Shown: piece after piece, positions 11,539 to 23,829 of the stretch
Position numbering within the stretch: position 1 is the stretch's first letter
Layout: every line of letters begins with the position of its first letter
DNA from: Macrostomum hystrix
Taxonomy: Eukaryota; Animalia; Platyhelminthes
Reading direction: 5' to 3'
DNA: 64,000 nucleotides
Assembly (NCBI GenBank): GCA_950097015.1
Contig: CATNEN010000011.1
Coordinates: 62,001-126,000 of the forward strand
Position numbers and translations under genes: made by a program
The notes under the pieces: generated by a model
Database searches by the model: none
Seen by the model: the letters and a program-made list of their open reading frames with translations, nothing else
Told to the model about the DNA's origin: nothing

Positions 11539-14500
11539 CAATCAGCAGGAATATATAAACGCAGCTAGAGTTTCAGCTAGCTGCTCCTACAGATGTCAAT
11601 ATGCTGCAATGTTAGAACTAGGCTCAAGCTTTTTGCAAATCACGCCGTACATGAATAAGCGAAAAGAACAACTTGAGCTTCTTGCACGTGCACTAGAACA
11701 GCTTTGCACGTGCTGTTTGCAAAGATCGATACATGCTGCTATTTAAGCATTTTGAAGGGACACTCAAGGCTGTAGCTAGTTTGCTTAAGTGAAAGTGCTC
11801 TTACTCTAGTCAAGAGGAAGATATGAACGCAGCTAAAGTTTTATATCTAGCTGCTCCCACAGATGTCTTGTGCAGCAATATCAGAACCAATGATTGCTAT
11901 TGCAGCTTACAGCTAGCATGCCTGACTATGAGAGGCGCAATGATGCACGCTGATACAGGAACAACCATAGAAAACAATCATGCTCCGTGTAGCGATATAG
12001 AACAGCTTTGCGCGTGCTTCTCGCACAGATCGCTCTATATGGCTTTTCTGAACTATGTTGGGGCGCTGAGGCTAGACTTTGTTTCCTTGATTGGAACTGG
12101 CGCTTACACACTCTCCCAGTCAGCTGGAAGATATGAACGAAGCAAAAGTTTTAGCTAGCTGCTCCCGCAGATGTCATTATGCTGCAATGTTAGAATTAGT
12201 ATCAGGATTTTGCAAAACACGCCGTACATGAATAAGCGAAAAGAACAACTTGAGCTTCTTGCACGTGCACTAGAACAGCTTTGCACGTTCTGTTTGCAAA
12301 GATCAATTCATGCTGCTATTTAAGCATTTTGAAGGGACACTCAAGGCTGTAGCTAGTTTGCTTAAGTGAAAGTGCTCTTACTCTAGTCAAGAGGAAGATA
12401 TGAACGCAGCTAAAGTTTTATATCTAGCTGCTCCCACAGATGTCTTGTGCAGCAATATCAGAACCAATGATTGCTATTGCAGCTTACAGCTAGCATGCCT
12501 GACTTTGAGAGGCGCAATGATGCACGCTGATACAGCAACAACCATAGAAAACAATCATGCTCCGTGTAGCGATATAGAACAGCTTTGCGCGTGCTTCTCG
12601 CACAGATCGCTCTATATGGCTTTTCTGAACTATGTTGGGGCGCTGAGGCTAGACTTTGTTTCCTTGATTGGAACTGGCGCTTACACACTCTCCCAGTCAG
12701 CTGGAAGATATGAACGGAGCAAAAGTTTTAGCTAGCTGCTCCCGCAGATGTCATTATGCTGCAATGTTAGAATTAGTATCAGGATTTTGCAAAACACGCC
12801 GTACATGAATAAGCGAAAAGAACAACTTGAGCTTCTTGCACGTGCACTAGAACAGCTTTGCACGTGCTGTTTGCAAAGATCGATACATGCTGCTATTTAA
12901 GCATTTTGAAGGGACACTCAAGGCTGTAGCTAGTTTGCTTAAGTGAAAGTGCTCTTACTCTAGTCAAGAGGAAGATATGAACGCAGCTAAAGTTTTATAT
13001 CTAGCTGCTCCCACAGATGTCTTGTGCAGCAATATCAGAACCAATGATTGCTATTGCAGCTTACAGCTAGCATGCCTGACTATGAGAGGCGCAATGATGC
13101 ACGCTGATACAGGAACAACCATAGAAAACAATCATGCTCCGTGTAGCGATATAGAACAGCTTTGCGCGTGCTTCTCGCACAGATCGCTCTATATGGCTTT
13201 TCTGAACTATGTTGGGGCGCTGAGGCTAGACTTTGTTTCCTTGATTGGAACTGGCGCTTACACACTCTCCCAGTCAGCTGGAAGATATGAACGAAGCAAA
13301 AGTTTTAGCTAGCTGCTCCCGCAGATGTCATTATGCTGCAATGTTAGAATTAGTATCAGGATTTTGCAAAACACGCCGTACATGAATAAGCGAAAAGAAC
13401 AACTTGAGCTTCTTGCACGTGCACTAGAACAGCTTTGCACGTTCTGTTTGCAAAGATCAATTCATGCTGCTATTTAAGCATTTTGAAGGGACACTCAAGG
13501 CTGTAGCTAGTTTGCTTAAGTGAAAGTGCTCTTACTCTAGTCAAGAGGAAGATATGAACGCAGCTAAAGTTTTATATCTAGCTGCTCCCACAGATGTCTT
13601 GTGCAGCAATATCAGAACCAATGATTGCTATTGCAGCTTACAGCTAGCATGCCTGACTTTGAGAGGCGCAATGATGCACGCTGATACAGCAACAACCATA
13701 GAAAACAATCATGCTCCGTGTAGCGATATAGAACAGCTTTGCGCGTGCTTCTCGCACAGATCGCTCTATATGGCTTTTCTGAACTATGTTGGGGCGCTGA
13801 GGCTAGACTTTGTTTCCTTGATTGGAACTGGCGCTTACACACTCTCCCAGTCAGCTGGAAGATATGAACGGAGCAAAAGTTTTAGCTAGCTGCTCCCGCA
13901 GATGTCATTATGCTGCAATGTTAGAATTAGTATCAGGATTTTGCAAAACACGCCGTACATGAATAAGCGAAAAGAACAACTTGAGCTTCTTGCACGTGCA
14001 CTAGAACAGCTTTGCACGTTCTGTTTGCAAAGATCAATTCATGCTGCTATTTAAGCATTTTGAAGGGACACTCAAGGCTGTAGCTAGTTTGCTTAAGTGA
14101 AAGTGCTCTTACTCTAGTCAAGAGGAAGATATGAACGCAGCTAAAGTTTTATATCTAGCTGCTCCCACAGATGTCTTGTGCAGCAATATCAGAACCAATG
14201 ATTGCTATTGCAGCTTACAGCTAGCATGCCTGACTTTGAGAGGCGCAATGATGCACGCTGATACAGGAACAACCATAGAAAACAATCATGCTCCTTGTAG
14301 CGATCTAGAACAGGTTTGCGCGTGCTTCTCGCACAGATCGCTCTATATGGCTTTTCTGAACTATGTTGGGGCGCTGAGGCTAGACTTTGTTTCCTTGATT
14401 GGAACTGGCGCTTACACACTCTCCCAGTCAGCTGGAAGATATGAACGGAGCAAAAGTTTTAGCTAGCTGCTCCCGCAGATGTCATTATGCTGCAATGTTA

Positions 14501-17500
14501 GAATTAGTATCAGGATTTTGCAAAACACGCCGTACATGAATAAGCGAAAAGAACAACTTGAGCTTCTTGCACGTGCACTAGAACAGCTTTGCACGTTCTG
14601 TTTGCAAAGATCAATTCATGCTGCTATTTAAGCATTTTGAAGGGACACTCAAGGCTGTAGCTAGTTTGCTTAAGTGAAAGTGCTCTTACTCTAGTCAAGA
14701 GGAAGATATGAACGCAGCTAAAGTTTTATATCTAGCTGCTCCCACAGATGTCTTGTGCAGCAATATCAGAACCAATGATTGCTATTGCAGCTTACAGCTA
14801 GCATGCCTGACTTTGAGAGGCGCAATGATGCACGCTGATACAGGAACAACCATAGAAAACAATCATGCTCCTTGTAGCGATCTAGAACAGGTTTGCGCGT
14901 GCTTCTCGCACAGATCGCTCTATATGGCTTTTCTGAACTATGTTGGGGCGCTGAGGCTAGACTTTGTTTCCTTGATTGGAACTGGCGCTTACACACTCTC
15001 CCAGTCAGCTGGAAGATATGAACGGAGCAAAAGTTTTAGCTAGCTGCTCCCGCAGATGTCATTATGCTGCAATGTTAGAATCAGTCTCAGGATTTTGCAA
15101 AACACGCCGTACATGAATAAGCGAAAAGAACAACTTGAGCTTCTTGCACGTGCACTAGAACAGCTTTGCACGTTCTGTTTGCAAAGATCGATACATGCTG
15201 CTATTTAAGCATTTTGAAGGGACACTCAAGGCTGTAGCTAGTTTGCTTAAGTGAAAGTGCTCTTACTCTAGTCAAGAGGAAGATATGAACGCAGCTAAAG
15301 TTTCATCTAGCTGCTCCCACAGATGTCTTGTGCAGCAATATCAGAACCAATGATTGCTATTGCAGCTTACAGCTAGCATGCCTGACTTTGAGAGGCGCAA
15401 TGATGCACGCTGATACAGGAACAACCATAGAAAACAATCATGCTCGGTGTAGCGATCTAGAACAGCTTTACGCGTGCTTCTCGCACAGATCGATATATGC
15501 TGCTATTTCAGAACTAAGGAACTGTGTCTGTGAACTTGGCGCTGAGGCTATAATTAAATTCCTTGATTGAAACGTGCGTTTACACACTCTCAATCAGCAG
15601 GAATATAGAAACGCAGCTAGAGTTTCAGCTAGCTACTCCTACAGATGTCAATATGCTGCAATTTTAGAACTGGGCTCAAGCTTTTTGCAAATCACGCCGT
15701 ACATGAAAAATCGAAAAGAACAACTTGAGCTTCTTGCACGTGCACTAGAACAGCTTTGCACGTGCTGTTTGCAAAGATCGATACATGCTGCTATTTAAGC
15801 ATTTTGAAGGGACACTCAAGGCTGTAGCTAGTTTGCTTAAGTGAAAGTGCTCTTACTCTAGTCAAGAGGAAGATATGAACGCAGCTAAAGTTTTATATCT
15901 AGCTGCTCCCACAGATGTCTTGTGCAGCAATATCAGAACCAATGATTGCTATTGCAGCTTACAGCTAGCATGCCTGACTTTGAGAGGCGCAATGATGCAC
16001 GCTGATACAGGAACAACCACAGAAAACAATCATGCTCGGTGTAGCGATCTAGAACAGCTTTGCGCGTGCTTCTCGCACAGATCGCGCTATATGGCTTTTC
16101 TGAACTATGTTGGGGCGCTAGGGCTAGAATTTGTTTCCTTGATTGGAACTGGCGCTAACACACTCTCCCAGTCAGCTGGAAGATATGAACGGAGCAAAAG
16201 TTTTAGCTAGCTGCTCCCGCAGATGTCATTTTGCAGCAATGTTAGAATTAGTCTCAGGCTTTTGCAAATCACGCCGTACATGAAAAAGCGAAAAGAACAA
16301 CTTGAGCTTCTTGCACGTGCACTAGAACAGCTTTGCACGTGCTGTTTGCAAAGATCGATGCATGCTGCTATTTAAGCATTTTGAAGGGACACTCAAGGCT
16401 GTAGCTAGTTTGCTTAAGTAGTGAAAGTGCTCTTACTCTAGTCAAGAGGAAGATAAGAACGCAGCTAAAATTTTATCTAGCTGCTCCCACAGATGTCTTG
16501 TGCAGCAATATCAGAACCAATGATTGCTATTGCAGCTTACAGCTAGCATGCCTGACTTTGAGAGACGCAATGATGCACGCTGATACAGGAACAACCATAG
16601 AAAACAATCATGCTCCGTGTAGCGATATAGAACAGCTTTGCGCGTGCTTCTCGCACAGATCGATATATGCTGCTATTTCAGAACTAAGGAACTGTGTCTC
16701 TGAACTGGGCGATGAGGCTATAATTAAATTCCTTGATTGAAACGTGCGTTTACACACTCTCAATCAGCAGGAATATAGAAACGCAGCTAGAGTTTCAGCT
16801 AGCTACTCCTACAGATGTCAATATGCTGCAATTTTAGAACTGGGCTCAAGCTTTTTGCAAATCACGCCGTACATGAAAAATCGAAAAGAACAACTTGAGC
16901 TTCTTGCACGTGCACTAGAACAGCTTTGCACGTGCTGTTTGCAAAGATCGATGCATGCTGCTATTTAAGCATTTTGAAGGGACACTCAAGGCTGTAGCTA
17001 GTTTGCTTAAGTAGTGAAAGTGCTCTTACTCTAGTCAAGAGGAAGATAAGAACGCAGCTAAAATTTTATCTAGCTGCTCCCACAGATGTCATGTGCAGCA
17101 ATATCAGAACCAATGATTGCTATTACAGCTTACAGCTAGCATGCCTGACTTTGAGAGACGCAATGATGCACGCTGATACAGGAACAACCATAGAAAACAA
17201 TCATGCTCCGTGTAGCGATATAGAACAGCTTTGCGCGTGCTTCTCGCACAGATCGATATATGCTGCTATTTCAGAACTAAGGAACTGTGTCTCTGAACTG
17301 GGCGATGAGGCTATAATTAAATTCCTTGATTGAAACGTGCGTTTACACACTCACAATCAGCAGGAATATAGAAACGCAGCTAGAGTTTCAGCTAGCTACT
17401 CCTACAGATGTCAATATGCTGCAATTTTAGAACTGGGCTCAAGCTTTTTGCAAATCACGCCGTACATGAAAAATCGAAAAGAACAACTTGAGCTTCTTGC

Positions 17501-20500
17501 ACGTGTACTAGAACAGCTTTGCACGTGCTGTTTGCAAAGATCGATACATGCTGCTATTTAAGCATTTTGAAGGGACACTCAAGGCTGTAGCTAGTTTGCT
17601 TAACTAGTGAAAGTGCTCTTACTCTAGTCAAGAGGAAGATATGAACGCAGCTAAAGTTTTATCTAGCTGCTCCCAAAGATGTCTTGTGCAGCAATATCAG
17701 AACCAATGATTGCTATTGCAGCTTACAGCTAGCATGCCTGACTTTGAGAGACGCAATGATGCACGCTGATACAGGAACAACCATAGAAAACAATCATGCT
17801 CCGTGTAGCGATATAGAACAGCTTTGCGCGTGCTTCTCGCACAGATCGATATATGCTGCTATTTCAGAACTAAGGAACTGTGTCTCTGAACTGGGCGATG
17901 AGGCTATAATTAAATTCCTTGATTGAAACGTGCGTTTACACACTCTCAATCAGCAGGAATATAGAAACGCAGCTAGAGTTTCAGCTAGCTACTCCTACAG
18001 ATGTCAATATGCTGCAATTTTAGAAATGGGCTCAAGCTTTTTGCAAATCACGCCGTACATGAAAAATCGAAAAGAACAACTTGAGCTTCTTGCACGTGTA
18101 CTAGAACAGCTTTGCACGTGCTGTTTGCAAAGATCGATACATGCTGCTATTTAAGCATTTTGAAGGGACACTCAAGGCTGTAGCTAGTTTGCTTAACTAG
18201 TGAAAGTGCTCTTACTCTAGTCAAGAGGAAGATATGAACGCAGCTAAAGTTTTATCTAGCTGCTCCCAAAGATGTCTTGTGCAGCAATATCGGAACCAAT
18301 GATTGCTATTGCAGCTTACAGCTAGCATGCCTGACTTTGAGAGACGCAATGATGCACGCTGATACAGGAACAACCATAGAAAACAATCATGCTCCGTGTA
18401 GCGATATAGAACAGCTTTGCGCGTGCTTCTCGCACAGATCGATATATGCTGCTATTTCAGAACTAAGGAACTGTGTCTCTGAACTGGGCGATGAGGCTAT
18501 AATTAAATTCCTTGATTGAAACGTGCGTTTACACACTCTCAATCAGCAGGAATATAGAAACGCAGCTAGAGTTTCAGCTAGCTACTCCTACAGATGTCAA
18601 TATGCTGCAATTTTAGAACTGGGCTCAAGCTTTTTGCAAATCACGCCGTACATGAAAAATCGAAAAGAACAACTTGAGCTTCTTGCACGTGTACTAGAAC
18701 AGCTTTGCACGTGCTGTTTGCAAAGATCGATACATGCTGCTATTTAAGCATTTTGAAGGGACACTCAAGGCTGTAGCTAGTTTGCTTAACTAGTGAAAGT
18801 GCTCTTACTCTAGTCAAGAGGAAGATATGAACGCAGCTAAAGTTTTATCTAGCTGCTCCCAAAGATGTCTTGTGCAGCAATATCAGAACCAATGATTGCT
18901 ATTGCAGCTTACAGCTAGCATGCCTGACTTTGAGAGACGCAATGATGCACGCTGATACAGGAACAACCATAGAAAACAATCATGCTCCGTGTAGCGATAT
19001 AGAACAGCTTTGCGCGTGCTTCTCGCACAGATCGATATATGCTGCTATTTCAGAACTAAGGAACTGTGTCTCTGAACTGGGCGATGAGGCTATAATTAAA
19101 TTCCTTGATTGAAACGTGCGTTTACACACTCTCAATCAGCAGGAATATAGAAACGCAGCTAGAGTTTCAGCTAGCTACTCCTACAGATGTCAATATGCTG
19201 CAATTTTAGAACTGGGCTCAAGCTTTTTGCAAATCACGCCGTACATGAAAAATCGAAAAGAACAACTTGAGCTTCTTGCACGTGTACTAGAACAGCTTTG
19301 CACGTGCTGTTTGCAAAGATCGATACATGCTGCTATTTAAGCATTTTGAAGGGACACTCAAGGCTGTAGCTAGTTTGCTTAACTAGTGAAAGTGCTCTTA
19401 CTCTAGTCAAGAGGAAGATATGAACGCAGCTAAAGTTTTATCTAGCTGCTCCCAAAGATGTCTTGTGCAGCAATATCAGAACCAATGATTGCTATTGCAG
19501 CTTACAGCTAGCATGCCTGACTTTGAGAGACGCAATGATGCACGCTGATACAGGAACAACCATAGAAAACAATCATGCTCCGTGTAGCGATATAGAACAG
19601 CTTTGCGCGTGCTTCTCGCACAGATCGATATATGCTGCTATTTCAGAACTAAGGAACTGTGTCTCTGAACTGGGCGATGAGGCTATAATTAAATTCCTTG
19701 ATTGAAACGTGCGTTTACACACTCTCAATCAGCAGGAATATAGAAACGCAGCTAGAGTTTCAGCTAGCTACTCCTACAGATGTCAATATGCTGCAATTTT
19801 AGAAATGGGCTCAAGCTTTTTGCAAATCACGCCGTACATGAAAAATCGAAAAAACAACTTGAGCTTCTTGCACGTGTACTAAAACAGCTTTGCACGTGCT
19901 GTTTGCAAAGATCGATACATGCTGCTATTTAAGCATTTTGAAGGGACACTCAAGGCTGTAGCTAGTTTGCTTAACTAGTGAAAGTGCTCTTACTCTAGTC
20001 AAGAGGAAGATATGAACGCAGCTAAAGTTTTATCTAGCTGCTCCCAAAGATGTCTTGTGCAGCAATATCAGAACCAATGATTGCTATTGCAGCTTACAGC
20101 TAGCATGCCTGACTTTGAGAGACGCAATGATGCACGCTGATACAGGAACAACCATAGAAAACAATCATGCTCCGTGTAGCGATATAGAACAGCTTTGCGC
20201 GTGCTTCTCGCACAGATCGATATATGCTGCTATTTCAGAACTAAGGAACTGTGTCTCTGAACTGGGCGATGAGGCTATAATTAAATTCCTTGATTGAAAC
20301 GTGCGTTTACACACTCTCAATCAGCAGGAATATAGAAACGCAGCTAGAGTTTCAGCTAGCTACTCCTACAGATGTCAATATGCTGCAATTTTAGAAATGG
20401 GCTCAAGCTTTTTGCAAATCACGCCGTACATGAAAAATCGAAAAAACAACTTGAGCTTCTTGCACGTGTACTAAAACAGCTTTGCACGTGCTGTTTGCAA

Positions 20501-23500
20501 AGATCGATACATGCTGCTATTTAAGCATTTTGAAGGGACACTCAAGGCTGTAGCTAGTTTGCTTAACTAGTGAAAGTGCTCTTACTCTAGTCAAGAGGAA
20601 GATATGAACGCAGCTAAAGTTTTATCTAGCTGCTCCCAAAGATGTCTTGTGCAGCAATATCAGAACCAATGATTGCTATTGCAGCTTACAGCTAGCATGC
20701 CTGACTTTGAGAGACGCAATGATGCACGCTGATACAGGAACAACCATAGAAAACAATCATGCTCCGTGTAGCGATATAGAACAGCTTTGCGCGTGCTTCT
20801 CGCACAGATCGATATATGCTGCTATTTCAGAACTAAGGAACTGTGTCTCTGAACTGGGCGATGAGGCTATAATTAAATTCCTTGATTGAAACGTGCGTTT
20901 ACACACTCTCAATCAGCAGGAATATAGAAACGCAGCTAGAGTTTCAGCTAGCTACTCCTACAGATGTCAATATGCTGCAATTTTAGAACTGGGCTCAAGC
21001 TTTTTGCAAATCACGCCGTACATGAAAAATCGAAAAGAACAACTTGAGCTTCTTGCACGTGTACTAGAACAGCTTTGCACGTGCTGTTTGCAAAGATCGA
21101 TACATGCTGCTATTTAAGCATTTTGAAGGGACACTCAAGGCTGTAGCTAGTTTGCTTAACTAGTGAAAGTGCTCTTACTCTAGTCAAGAGGAAGATATGA
21201 ACGCAGCTAAAGTTTTATCTATCTGCTCCCAAAGATGTCTTGTGCAGCAATATCAGAACCAATGATTGCTATTGCAGCTTACAGCTAGCATGCCTGACTT
21301 TGAGAGACGCAATGATGCACGCTGATACAGGAACAACCATAGAAAACAATCATGCTCCGTGTAGCGATATAGAACAGCTTTGCGCGTGCTTCTCGCACAG
21401 ATCGATATATGCTGCTATTTCAGAACTAAGGAACTGTGTCTCTGAACTGGGCGATGAGGCTATAATTAAATTCCTTGATTGAAACGTGCGTTTACACACT
21501 CTCAATCAGCAGGAATATAGAAACGCAGCTAGAGTTTCAGCTAGCTACTCCTACAGATGTCAATATGCTGCAATTTTAAAACTGGGCTCAAGCTTTTTGC
21601 AAATCACGCCGTACGTGAAAAAGCGGAAAGAACAACTTAAGCTTCATGCTAGTGCACTAGAACAGCTTTGCACGTGCTGTTTTCAAAGATCGATACATGC
21701 TGCTATTTAAGCATTTTGAAGGGACACTCAAGGCTCCAGCTAGTTCCCTAAAGTGAAAGTGCTATTACTGTAGTCAAGAGGAAGATATGAACGCAGCTAA
21801 AGTTTTATCTAGCTGCTCCCAAAGATGTCTTGTGCAGCAATATCAGAACCAATGATTGCTATTGCAGCTTACAGCTAGCATGCCTGACTTTGAGAGACGC
21901 AATGATGCACGCTGATACAGGAACAACCATAGAAAACAATCATGCTCCGTGTAGCGATATAGAACAGCTTTGCGCGTGCTTCTCGCACAGATCGATATAT
22001 GCTGCTATTTCAGAACTAAGGAACTGTGTCTCTGAACTGGGCGATGAGGCTATAATTAAATTCCTTGATTGAAACGTGCGTTTACACACTCTCAATCAGC
22101 AGGAATATAGAAACGCAGCTAGAGTTTCAGCTAGCTACTCCTACAGATGTCAATATGCTGCAATTTTAGAAATGGGCTCAAGCTTTTTGCAAATCACGCC
22201 GTACATGAAAAATCGAAAAAACAACTTGAGCTTCTTGCACGTGTACTAAAACAGCTTTGCACGTGCTGTTTGCAAAGATCGATACATGCTGCTATTTAAG
22301 CATTTTGAAGGGACACTCAAGGCTGTAGCTAGTTTGCTTAACTAGTGAAAGTGCTCTTACTCTAGTCAAGAGGAAGATATGAACGCAGCTAAAGTTTTAT
22401 CTAGCTGCTCCCAAAGATGTCTTGTGCAGCAATATCAGAACCAATGATTGCTATTGCAGCTTACAGCTAGCATGCCTGACTTTGAGAGACGCAATGATGC
22501 ACGCTGATACAGGAACAACCATAGAAAACAATCATGCTCCGTGTAGCGATATAGAACAGCTTTGCGCGTGCTTCTCGCACAGATCGATATATGCTGCTAT
22601 TTCAGAACTAAGGAACTGTGTCTCTGAACTGGGCGATGAGGCTATAATTAAATTCCTTGATTGAAACGTGCGTTTACACACTCTCAATCAGCAGGAATAT
22701 AGAAACGCAGCTAGAGTTTCAGCTAGCTACTCCTACAGATGTCAATATGCTGCAATTTTAGAACTGGGCTCAAGCTTTTTGCAAATCACGCCGTACATGA
22801 AAAATCGAAAAGAACAACTTGAGCTTCTTGCACGTGTACTAGAACAGCTTTGCACGTGCTGTTTGCAAAGATCGATACATGCTGCTATTTAAGCATTTTG
22901 AAGGGACACTCAAGGCTGTAGCTAGTTTGCTTAACTAGTGAAAGTGCTCTTACTCTAGTCAAGAGGAAGATATGAACGCAGCTAAAGTTTTATCTATCTG
23001 CTCCCAAAGATGTCTTGTGCAGCAATATCAGAACCAATGATTGCTATTGCAGCTTACAGCTAGCATGCCTGACTTTGAGAGACGCAATGATGCACGCTGA
23101 TACAGGAACAACCATAGAAAACAATCATGCTCCGTGTAGCGATATAGAACAGCTTTGCGCGTGCTTCTCGCACAGATCGATATATGCTGCTATTTCAGAA
23201 CTAAGGAACTGTGTCTCTGAACTGGGCGATGAGGCTATAATTAAATTCCTTGATTGAAACGTGCGTTTACACACTCTCAATCAGCAGGAATATAGAAACG
23301 CAGCTAGAGTTTCAGCTAGCTACTCCTACAGATGTCAATATGCTGCAATTTTAGAACTGGGCTCAAGCTTTTTGCAAATCACGCCGTACGTGAAAAAGCG
23401 GAAAGAACAACTTAAGCTTCATGCTAGTGCACTAGAACAGCTTTGCACGTGCTGTTTTCAAAGATCGATACATGCTGCTATTTAAGCATTTTGAAGGGAC

Positions 23501-23673
23501 ACTCAAGGCTCCAGCTAGTTCCCTAAAGTGAAAGTGCTATTACTGTAGTCAAGAAAAATATATGAACGCAGCTAAAGTTTCATCTAGCTGCTCCCACAGA
23601 TGTCTTGTGCAGCAATATCAGAACCAATGATTGCTATTGCAACTTACAGCTAGCATGCCTGACTTTGAGAGGC
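11539..23673. repeat. Satellite array block 2 (577-bp sub-block about 11.8-15.3 kb; 590-593-bp sub-block about 16.4-23.6 kb)
   Basis: Unit starts 11823, 12400, 12977, 13554, 14131, 14708 (577 bp); 17684, 18277, 18870, 19463 (593 bp), then 592/593/590. Confidence 0.97.
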
Positions 23674-23829
23674 TGTGACGTTAACTTTTCTTCGTACCAC
23701 CCCATGGGGTCGGTGCTATAAATAGATGTGCGTAGTGCTGAGAGGCCGTGCGTTTTTTTGACCTCCGTGGCTCAACCTGGAGCTTGTGAATCGTGTCCCT
23801 CATTCTTACTTGATTAAAAGAATGCAACA
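23674..23829 (+). repeat. 5' LTR of Gmr1-like element
   Basis: tgtgacg...tgcaaca; matches 28327-28482. Confidence 0.95.

Noticed and set aside
169-23485. Dozens of 60-166 aa ORFs (MRLHTLNQ..., MNAAKVLY..., MCSNIRT...)
   Set aside because: They are translations of the satellite unit, mostly with GTG/TTG starts, no recognisable domain, and frame-breaking indels between copies.
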